From: a candidate division WOR-3 bacterium
GTDB taxonomy: Bacteria > Hydrothermota > Tepidihabitantia > Tepidihabitantales > CAIPLT01
Length of the DNA stretch: 64,000 nt
Direction of reading: 5' to 3'
NCBI GenBank assembly: GCA_039801505.1
Contig: JBDRUV010000001.1
Span: forward strand, 459,361 to 523,360
Numbering within the stretch: position 1 is the first letter of the stretch; each line of letters begins with the position of its first letter. The notes under the pieces are model-generated. The model worked only from the letters and a program-made list of their open reading frames with translations. It made no database searches and was not told the DNA's origin. Shown piece by piece: positions 56,892-64,000 of this stretch. The translations under genes were made by a program, and so were the position numbers.

Positions 56892-56897
56892 ATGTTA

Positions 56898-58412
56898 TTA
56901 TGTTTCTTTTAGTATTTTTAATGTTTGTTTGACAACCGCAAAGTCACTATATGGGATTTTCCGATCGCCAATTATTTGATATTTTTCATGTCCTTTACCT
57001 GCTATCAAAACAGCGTCATCTTTTTGTGCCATTAAAATAGCTTCTTTGATTGCTTGAGAGCGATTAACAATTATTTTATAGTTATCTTTTTTAATACCAG
57101 TCGTAATATTTTTTATTATATCTAATGGATTTTCATTACGAGGATTATCGGATGTGATTACCGCAAAATCCGCCAATTCGGTACTAATTTTCCCCATTAA
57201 GGGTCTTTTTTGAGCATCTCGATTACCACCGCACCCGAATACTACTATTATCCGTCCTTTTGTTATTTCGCGCAGGGATTTAATAACCGTTTCTAGCGCT
57301 CTCGGGGTATGGGCATAATCGATATAAATATTAACTTTATTGTTTGCAGTAATTTTTTGTAGTCTACCAGTAACCAGGGAGCAAGCTGAAATTCCTTGTG
57401 GTATTATTTCATATGGAATTTTTAAAGCATACGCAGCTGCTATTGCTCCTAACATATTAAATACATTATGCTCTCCGATCATCGGTAGAATAACGTCCAG
57501 TTCGATTTCGTTGTCGGATTCTCTATTTGTTATTTTTACTAATACGTTCGTTCCCTTGATTGTTTTTGACAAAATTTTTCCGGCGACGATTGTCTTAACC
57601 TGGTCCGGGATATTAAATAAATTAACCCCGTAACCTATTACTGTTGCATCAGTATTTTTAACGATTATTTGAGAGAATTTGTCGTTTAGATTAACTGCTG
57701 CGTATCCATTTGAGGCTACCATTTGAAAAAGTTTTAATTTGGCTTTTTTGTATGCACTGAGTGTCCGATGAAAATCAAGGTGGTCTTGGGAGATATTTGT
57801 AAATACGGCAACGTGAAAATCTAAACCATGAACTCGGTTTAAAGCTAAGGCATGTGAAGAAACCTCACAGATACAATACTGGATATTTTTCGTTCTCAGG
57901 TTATGTAGAAACCTAACTAAGTCTAAGCTTTCAGGTGTTGTGTGAGATGCTCGTAAATATCTCTCTCCGTCATAGTATTTTATGGTGCCGATTAATCCAG
58001 TAGATTTTCCGGCGGCCTCAAGAATAGATTTTATTATGTAAGAAGTGGTTGTTTTGCCATCTGTTCCGGTAATACCAATAAGTTTGATGCTGTTAGAAGG
58101 ATAATCGTAAAACCAATTAGCCGCCGTGGCCAAAAAGCGGCGGCAATCATTGCTAATAATAAATGTAATATGAGGATATGCGTTTGATAAACGATTTATT
58201 AAACTGCGATCTTTGCATACAATTACCGATGCTCCTCGGCTAATTGCTTCATTGATATAACTTTTTCCTGAGCAAAAAAAGCCATCGATAGCCACAAACA
58301 TATAGTTTTTATTTACCGCCTTAGAGTGATAGGCAATTCCATCGATTTCTCGATTTTGATTGCCGATTACTGAACAATCTGTTAATTTACAAAGATCGCG
58401 CAAAAATTTCAT
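56898..58412 (-). CDS. murE: UDP-N-acetylmuramoyl-tripeptide synthetase (MurE)
   Basis: GITGTDGKTTT P-loop, and DYAHTP and DNPR motifs. Confidence 0.93.
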   Translation of the reverse strand: MKFLRDLCKLTDCSVIGNQNREIDGIAYHSKAVNKNYMFVAIDGFFCSGKSYINEAISRGASVIVCKDRSLINRLSNAYPHITFIISNDCRRFLATAANWFYDYPSNSIKLIGITGTDGKTTTSYIIKSILEAAGKSTGLIGTIKYYDGERYLRASHTTPESLDLVRFLHNLRTKNIQYCICEVSSHALALNRVHGLDFHVAVFTNISQDHLDFHRTLSAYKKAKLKLFQMVASNGYAAVNLNDKFSQIIVKNTDATVIGYGVNLFNIPDQVKTIVAGKILSKTIKGTNVLVKITNRESDNEIELDVILPMIGEHNVFNMLGAIAAAYALKIPYEIIPQGISACSLVTGRLQKITANNKVNIYIDYAHTPRALETVIKSLREITKGRIIVVFGCGGNRDAQKRPLMGKISTELADFAVITSDNPRNENPLDIIKNITTGIKKDNYKIIVNRSQAIKEAILMAQKDDAVLIAGKGHEKYQIIGDRKIPYSDFAVVKQTLKILKET

Positions 58413-60118
58413 AAATTAGTTAACAAGTTAAACGGATAATGCTTATTAAGTAGTAAAATTTCCGTTGCCAGATCTCTAAACAACGGGCATACCGTTTCCC
58501 CGGCAAAGCGGAACTTCTGGGGCTCATCAATCATAACCGCAATAAGGTATTTCGGGCGCTCTTTGGGGAAAAATCCAATAAAGGTCATTATCGATTTAGA
58601 ATTTGAATATTTTCCATTTGGGTCTAGCTTTTGAGCCGTTCCAGTTTTTCCACAAACTTCGTATCCAGGAATCATAGCTTGTCGACCGGTACCATTTCGC
58701 ACTGCTTTCGATAAAATTTCTTTAATAATATTACTCTGCTCAGCACTGAGGACGTGTCGAATAATTTCCTTTTTACCCGAATAAATAATTTTATTGTCAT
58801 GGGCGATAATTGTTTTAATAATATAAGGTTTTAAAAGTAGTCCATTATTAGCAATTGCCAAATAGGCTGTAGCCAATTGGAGGAGGGTAACTCTAACTCC
58901 TTGTCCAAATGCATTATTAGCGTATCGAAGTGGCGATAACTTTTCGGGACGATCAATAAATCCTTTTGCTTCACCAGGAAGTTCGATCCCGATACTCGTC
59001 CCAAAACCAAATTTTTTTTCTGTTTGATAAAATTCTTCTGGGGATAATTGCGTGGTCAGCAACGAAACGCCAACATTTGAGGATTTGACAAATATATCCT
59101 CAAAGTTTAATATCCCATTGTTGTGGACATCTTTAATTTTTCTACCACTTATCGTTAGATAACCACTTGAGGTATTATAAGTTTGCGATAAAAGGTTATT
59201 TGCTTGATTAGATTGAACTGCCGTGGCGCAAATCATTAATTTATACACAGAACCTGGCTCAAATTCATCAGTCACCGCTGTAGCCTTCCAATATTCTCTG
59301 GGATAGATATAAGGATCATTAGGATCAAAATCCGGGTAATCTGCCAGTGCTAACAATGCCCCATCTTCACAATTTAAAATGATTACTGAACCTTTTATTG
59401 CCTGGAGATTCTCGACATATTTTTTTAGCAACTGATATGCTATTTGTTGAATATCTAAGTCTATAGTTAGCACGATATCATATCCGTCGATTGATTTACA
59501 AATCCGATAAGATGGCCAACGATACCGGTTGCCTAAGGCATCTTTTTGAAGTATTTCCCAGCCGGGCTTACCTTTTAAATACTGATCATAAGCAAACTCA
59601 ATACCGGCTAAACCACCTTCCACGCCAGTAAAACCAATAACACTACCCAACACCGGTCCATAAGGGTAAATACGTTTAATTGCTTCTCGAACCACGACGC
59701 TATTATCAAACCGATGCTTTACAAGATCTTTTTGTAATTTCAATCCGATTTCGTAATCTATAAATCTGGTTAACCAAAACAGTCTAGTTTGACTTTTAAG
59801 CTCATTCCGTAATTTATCCCTGGAATTTAATTTATAGTTTGCAAGAATTTCAACAACACTGTCGATTGATCGGACATACTGCGGAAAAACTCGCACTGAG
59901 AATCCCCGTTCGTTATATGCGAGCAGGCGGTTTTTACAATCGTATATTTTACCCCGCTCAGCCGATAAAGGCAACGAATCACAATGCTGTTTTAGAGCTT
60001 GCTCATTATAATAGCGATGTTTAATAACCTGTATCCAAAACACATACATTAGCAACAAAACAAAAATAGCATTAAACACCCAACGGAGGATATTAATACG
60101 ATGGTTGAATCGATTCAT
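58409..60118 (-). CDS. ftsI: penicillin-binding protein 3-type transpeptidase
   Basis: N-terminal TM anchor, then SxxK (GSVYK), SSN and KTGT motifs. Confidence 0.92.
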   Translation of the reverse strand: MNRFNHRINILRWVFNAIFVLLLMYVFWIQVIKHRYYNEQALKQHCDSLPLSAERGKIYDCKNRLLAYNERGFSVRVFPQYVRSIDSVVEILANYKLNSRDKLRNELKSQTRLFWLTRFIDYEIGLKLQKDLVKHRFDNSVVVREAIKRIYPYGPVLGSVIGFTGVEGGLAGIEFAYDQYLKGKPGWEILQKDALGNRYRWPSYRICKSIDGYDIVLTIDLDIQQIAYQLLKKYVENLQAIKGSVIILNCEDGALLALADYPDFDPNDPYIYPREYWKATAVTDEFEPGSVYKLMICATAVQSNQANNLLSQTYNTSSGYLTISGRKIKDVHNNGILNFEDIFVKSSNVGVSLLTTQLSPEEFYQTEKKFGFGTSIGIELPGEAKGFIDRPEKLSPLRYANNAFGQGVRVTLLQLATAYLAIANNGLLLKPYIIKTIIAHDNKIIYSGKKEIIRHVLSAEQSNIIKEILSKAVRNGTGRQAMIPGYEVCGKTGTAQKLDPNGKYSNSKSIMTFIGFFPKERPKYLIAVMIDEPQKFRFAGETVCPLFRDLATEILLLNKHYPFNLLTNL

Positions 60119-60125
60119 AAGGTGT

Positions 60126-60476
60126 TTAGTTGTTTAGTTTTATTTGTGTCGTATCAGCGTTGAATTTAGCATGTGCGTATTGAGTAGGTTCGTTTCTTGT
60201 AGAATTTGACGGGACAGGGGACACCATCCCGGGGACGGTATCATATACGAGTTTCAATTTCAGATCTGACGCCCGTTTCTCTATATTAACCCAAAGCAGA
60301 GAGTTGGAAAGAGCCGTTTGGAGGCATGATATTTCTTCTTTTAATAAATAACGTTCTTTTTCAAGCTGCGAGAGTTTCTGGGTATATATGATATTTTTTT
60401 GGAATAAATACAAATATACCAGCACCAAAGCGCATAATATACTACTCAAGCCGATAATTTTAAGTAATTTAAACAT
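60126..60476 (-). CDS. ftsL: FtsL-like cell division protein
   Basis: Single TM helix plus a coiled coil (LSQLEKERYLLKEEISCLQ), positioned between rsmH and ftsI. Start set at MFKLLKI. Confidence 0.7.
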   Translation of the reverse strand: MFKLLKIIGLSSILCALVLVYLYLFQKNIIYTQKLSQLEKERYLLKEEISCLQTALSNSLLWVNIEKRASDLKLKLVYDTVPGMVSPVPSNSTRNEPTQYAHAKFNADTTQIKLNN

Positions 60477-61404
60477 TTTCGTTAGTAGTAAGTTTTTCAG
60501 CCACACGCAGTTTAGCACTGCGGGCTCGAGGATTAGTCTGCATCTCCTCAGGTTGGGGTGTTATTGGTTTCTTAGTAATTAGTTTTAATGCTTTTAATTG
60601 AGCATAGCTTTTAAAAATATTTTTTACTAACCGATCTTCTAAGGAATGATATGAGATACAGAGAATTCGTCCACAAGGTGATAAAACCGATATTGCTTTT
60701 TGTAAAGCCGATTGAATGTTATTTAATTCATCATTAACAGCAATTCGGAGAGCCTGAAATATTCGAGCCAAGGCTTTTTTGTAAAAACGAGATGGCACCA
60801 CCGACTTTATTATGTCGGCTAACTCTTGCGTCGTATTTATTTCTTTCCTGTGCTTATAGACTGCTGATGCAATTCGCCGCGCAAAACGTTCTTCACCATA
60901 TACCTTAAATATTTTTGTTAAATACTCGATAGAGCTTTTCCGTATGAGGTCCTGAGCTTTTTGGGTAGTGCCATTTTGAGAAAACCGCATATCTAAAATG
61001 CCGTTAAGTTGGTAAGAAAAGCCTCTCGCTGGAGTTTTTAAATGATACAAAGACACACCGTAATCGAATAAAACGCCCCTTACTTTATAACTGGGGAAGT
61101 TTCGGACAATGTGATCGAGTTCTGTGTAGTTTTTATTAAAAAGATAAATATTTTTATACTTAGCAAATTTTTGTTGACAATATTCAATGGCATCTTTATC
61201 CCAATCGATTCCCACAACTAAATCGATTTCAAAGTGCTGTAAGATTTTTTCTGTATGTCCACCGCCACCGATCGTGGCGTCAATAAAGAGTATTTTTTCG
61301 GTTTTGCATTTACTAAATACCGGAGACAAATAGTGCAATATTTCATTAGCCATTACTGGAACGTGAAAAACATTTGAGCTAGTTAAAGTTAAGCTATTGA
61401 CCAC
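60469..61404 (-). CDS. rsmH: 16S rRNA (cytosine1402-N4)-methyltransferase
   Basis: HVPVM, DATIGGGGH and DLGVS-like (DYGVSLYHL) motifs. Confidence 0.95.
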   Translation of the reverse strand: MVNSLTLTSSNVFHVPVMANEILHYLSPVFSKCKTEKILFIDATIGGGGHTEKILQHFEIDLVVGIDWDKDAIEYCQQKFAKYKNIYLFNKNYTELDHIVRNFPSYKVRGVLFDYGVSLYHLKTPARGFSYQLNGILDMRFSQNGTTQKAQDLIRKSSIEYLTKIFKVYGEERFARRIASAVYKHRKEINTTQELADIIKSVVPSRFYKKALARIFQALRIAVNDELNNIQSALQKAISVLSPCGRILCISYHSLEDRLVKNIFKSYAQLKALKLITKKPITPQPEEMQTNPRARSAKLRVAEKLTTNENV

Positions 61405-61888
61405 TTTCGTCTGTTTTTAATTTTTTACTTAATTCTAAATATTTGTCGATGTTTTCTAGATCGGAGTAAAAGCGCGATTGGGCGTCTTGCATGTAATTTT
61501 CAAAATTTTCCGGATTCCAAATTTCAAAATAATTACCTACCCCAGCAATCACTGCCTCGTTTTTTATTTGAGCATAATCTTTAAAGTGCTGGGGGATAAG
61601 AATTCGTCCCTGGGAGTCTATTTTTACTGTTACGACGTTTTGTTCTAATAATCTTCTTATTCGTAGTGGGTCAGAATGAAATCGAGATAGTTTTAATGCA
61701 ATTGAGTCTTCAAATTTTTCCCATTCAACAAGCGGATGAACTTCTATTGTATTATCACGCCCCTTATTTAATACCAAGTGATCTTTTGTTTTTCTACTTA
61801 GATTGGCCCGGAAAGGCGCAGGGATTGCTACCCTACCTTTGTCGTCAACCGCGTGCCGGTAATAACCACGAAAACGATTATTCACCAT
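61394..61888 (-). CDS. mraZ: transcriptional regulator MraZ
   Basis: FRGYYRHAVDDKGRVAIP and a second DSQGRILIP SpoVT/AbrB-type repeat. Confidence 0.95.
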   Translation of the reverse strand: MVNNRFRGYYRHAVDDKGRVAIPAPFRANLSRKTKDHLVLNKGRDNTIEVHPLVEWEKFEDSIALKLSRFHSDPLRIRRLLEQNVVTVKIDSQGRILIPQHFKDYAQIKNEAVIAGVGNYFEIWNPENFENYMQDAQSRFYSDLENIDKYLELSKKLKTDESGQ

Positions 61889-61917
61889 ATTTCACCATTT
61901 TATGCCAAAATTCACCA
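61881..61917 (-). promoter_or_regulatory. three direct TGGTGAA repeats (candidate MraZ operator)
   Basis: On the minus strand TGGTGAA occurs at 61917-61911, 61897-61891 and 61887-81. The start-to-start spacing is 20 and 10 nt, between the -10 box and the mraZ ATG. Confidence 0.5.
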
Positions 61918-61920
61918 CAT

Positions 61921-61949
61921 AATATAATAAAAGCAACTTTAATTGTCAA
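61921..61949 (-). promoter_or_regulatory. sigma70-type promoter of the dcw cluster
   Basis: On the minus strand: TTGACA (61949-61944), 17-nt spacer, TATATT (61926-61921). Confidence 0.6.
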
Positions 61950-62043
61950 GGGAAAAATTTATAACTATTTTTTATTTAAAGAATTGAAAATCAATCTATT
62001 GTGAACGGCAATATAATACAAATACTTATAACTGTCCTTACCG

Positions 62044-64000
62044 CTAATTGGGTTTTTGTTTCGGTAGGGTATTTTTAACTTTTATATGGTTTTTTAGTAT
62101 TTCACTGTCGGCAATTTCTTGACGTAGTCGTCTTATCTGGTCTCGGATTTCTGCTGCGTGTTCAAATTCTAATGCTTCTGCAGCTTTTTTCATTTCATTT
62201 GTTAATTCTTTTAAAAGCGCTATTTTTTGTGATGTCGTTAGTTCTTTTATGTTGTTAGGAAATTCTAAAGCGGTAGTTTGTGATTTTGTATCGGCAACAA
62301 TGGTAGTTTTGATTACTTGGTCGATCGATTTTCGGACGGTCTGGGGAATAATATTATGTTTTTTATTGTACTCCAGCTGTTTATTTCGACGACGAGCCGT
62401 TTCCTGTAGAGCATTTCTAACAGATTTCGTTATATTATCTACGTAGAGGATGACTCGACCAGAGACATTTCGGGCGGCACGACCAGCAATTTGAATTAAA
62501 CTTCTTTCGTCGCGCAAAAATCCCTCTTTATCTGCATCTAAAATAGCAACCAAAGCTACTTCCGGTAAGTCCAATCCTTCGCGTAAAAGATTAATACCCA
62601 CCAAGACATCGAATTCCCCTAGGCGAAGTCCACGAAGAATTTCTACTCGCTCGATGGCATCAATTTCTGAGTGTAAGTATTTGACTTTAAATCCGATTTC
62701 TGTGAGGTACTCAGCTAAATCCTCAGCCATTCGCTTTGTAAGCGTAGTAACAAGAACTCGTTCTTTTCGACTAATGCAAATTCTAATCTCGTTAATTAAA
62801 TCATCGATTTGATTTTTAGTAGGCCGTACAATCATTTCCGGATCAACTAATCCCGTGGGACGGACAATTTGCTCGACAACCTCGTTGCCGCTAAGCCGAA
62901 TTTCATATTCGGTTGGGGTAGCTGAGGTGAAGATACATTGGTTTATTAAGGAATAAAATTCTTCAAATTTTAATGGCCTATTGTCTAATGCCGACGGAAG
63001 CCGGAACCCGTATTCAACAAGCACTTCCTTTCGTGAGCGATCACCATTGTACATTCCAATAATTTGCGGTATTGTTTGGTGGGATTCATCAATAACCATC
63101 AAATAATCTTTTGGGAAGTAATCCAACAGACAATAAGGCCGAACCCCCGGAGGACGACCTGAAAGGTGCCGTGAGTAATTTTCGATTCCTGGGCAATAAC
63201 CAAACTCCTTAAGCATTTCGATATCAAACAATGTTCTAGTTTTTAATCGTTGCATTTCGAGAAGTTTGTTTTCTGCTTTAAGTTCTGCTAATCGATTAGC
63301 TAATTCTGCCTCGATACTTTTAATAGCTCGCTCGATATTGGATGGGGATGTAACAAAATATTTTGCCGGATAGATTACTATCTTTTCTCGTTGTTCAAGA
63401 ACGCGGTTAGTTATTAAGTCAAAAGTTGTAATTCTTTCTAGTTCGTTACCGTAAAATTCCAGCCTAACTCCATAATCACAATGTGAGGGATGGAATTCGA
63501 TAATATCGCCTCGAACTCGAAAACAGGCACGTTTTAGTTCTAAGTCATTACGGGTATATTGAAGGTATACCAACTTTTCAATTATTTCGTCACGTTGATG
63601 GTTTTTACTAACTTCAAGTGGGAATATTTGATTTTTATATTCCTCTGGTTCGCCGAGATTATATATACATGACACTGAGGCAACAATTATTACATCTCTA
63701 CGTTCTAATAGACTAGCTGTAGCTCGTAGTCTTAATTGTTCAATTTCTTCGTTAATGGCTGCATCCTTTTCGATATATAAATCAATTTCAGGTACATAGG
63801 CTTCGGGTTGGTAGTAATCGTAATATGAAATAAAAAACTCTACAGCGTTTTCCGGAAAAAATTGTTTAAATTCACCGTACAGTTGTGCCGCTAATGTTTT
63901 GTTATGGGAGATTACAATTGTCGGTTTGTTTACTTGGGCTATGACATTAGCAATTGTGAATGTCTTACCCGAGCCAGTGACTCCTAGTAAGGTTTGGAAT
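62044..64000 (-). CDS. uvrB: excinuclease ABC subunit B (partial; the N-terminus lies beyond the window end)
   Basis: DESH box ([11 protein letters not shown]), helicase C-domain motifs, and a C-terminal UVR domain ([15 protein letters not shown]). The reading frame stays open to position 64000. Confidence 0.95.
   Translation of the reverse strand, partial: FQTLLGVTGSGKTFTIANVIAQVNKPTIVISHNKTLAAQLYGEFKQFFPENAVEFFISYYDYYQPEAYVPEIDLYIEKDAAINEEIEQLRLRATASLLERRDVIIVASVSCIYNLGEPEEYKNQIFPLEVSKNHQRDEIIEKLVYLQYTRNDLELKRACFRVRGDIIEFHPSHCDYGVRLEFYGNELERITTFDLITNRVLEQREKIVIYPAKYFVTSPSNIERAIKSIEAELANRLAELKAENKLLEMQRLKTRTLFDIEMLKEFGYCPGIENYSRHLSGRPPGVRPYCLLDYFPKDYLMVIDESHQTIPQIIGMYNGDRSRKEVLVEYGFRLPSALDNRPLKFEEFYSLINQCIFTSATPTEYEIRLSGNEVVEQIVRPTGLVDPEMIVRPTKNQIDDLINEIRICISRKERVLVTTLTKRMAEDLAEYLTEIGFKVKYLHSEIDAIERVEILRGLRLGEFDVLVGINLLREGLDLPEVALVAILDADKEGFLRDERSLIQIAGRAARNVSGRVILYVDNITKSVRNALQETARRRNKQLEYNKKHNIIPQTVRKSIDQVIKTTIVADTKSQTTALEFPNNIKELTTSQKIALLKELTNEMKKAAEALEFEHAAEIRDQIRRLRQEIADSEILKNHIKVKNTLPKQKPN

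Overview
AT-rich bacterial chromosomal segment that is almost entirely housekeeping. I call about 67 protein genes and 2 tRNAs: tRNA-Gly(CCC) at 504-576 and tRNA-Leu(CAG) at 21499-21582. I saw no rRNA, CRISPR array, transposase, integrase, phage gene or recognisable defence gene.

Gene content, left to right:
- 1-20 kb: radical-SAM proteins, apbE, an RRM RNA-binding protein, apgM, purH, an RNA m5C methyltransferase, a DUF763 protein, pdxJ, secDF, pgpA, cinA and thpR.
- 20-31 kb: rpmB, an envelope-sugar cluster (SDR epimerases and a GT4 glycosyltransferase), metK-ahcY, and an M14 peptidase. The peptidase and an FG-GAP protein both carry T9SS-like C-terminal sorting domains.
- 31.6-40.1 kb: a long operon of gcvT-gcvH-gcvPA, a Cys-rich mini-ORF, gcvPB, a 104-aa ORF, a GlmL-like ATPase, serS and an aldolase.
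- 40.2-43.1 kb: a split BcrAD/BadFG activase plus two DUF2229-type genes.
- 43.5-47.5 kb: pilT, plsY, gpsA, a MerR-like gene and an SPFH gene.
- 47.5-64 kb, all on the minus strand: a compact dcw cluster (mraZ-rsmH-ftsL-ftsI-murE-mraY-murD-ftsW-murG-murC-murB-ftsA-ftsZ) and a partial uvrB.

No obvious novel protein-encoded system is visible. The least explained signal is non-coding. Every unusually long spacer (240-500 nt) carries a GC-rich hairpin built on ACCGT...ACGGT or GTAGGGG/CCCCTAC. These lie at about 1-503, 4880-5259, 10281-10649, 20271-20722, 29057-29296 and 43113-43543. Some spacers also share longer blocks of similarity, which suggests a paralogous family of structured RNAs or a repeat element.

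Many operon-first genes have near-consensus TTGACA-N16/17-TAxxxT promoters ending only 6-12 nt before the start codon, so leaderless mRNAs are likely. All of this comes from reading the sequence by eye and from family knowledge. No database search or folding computation was run.
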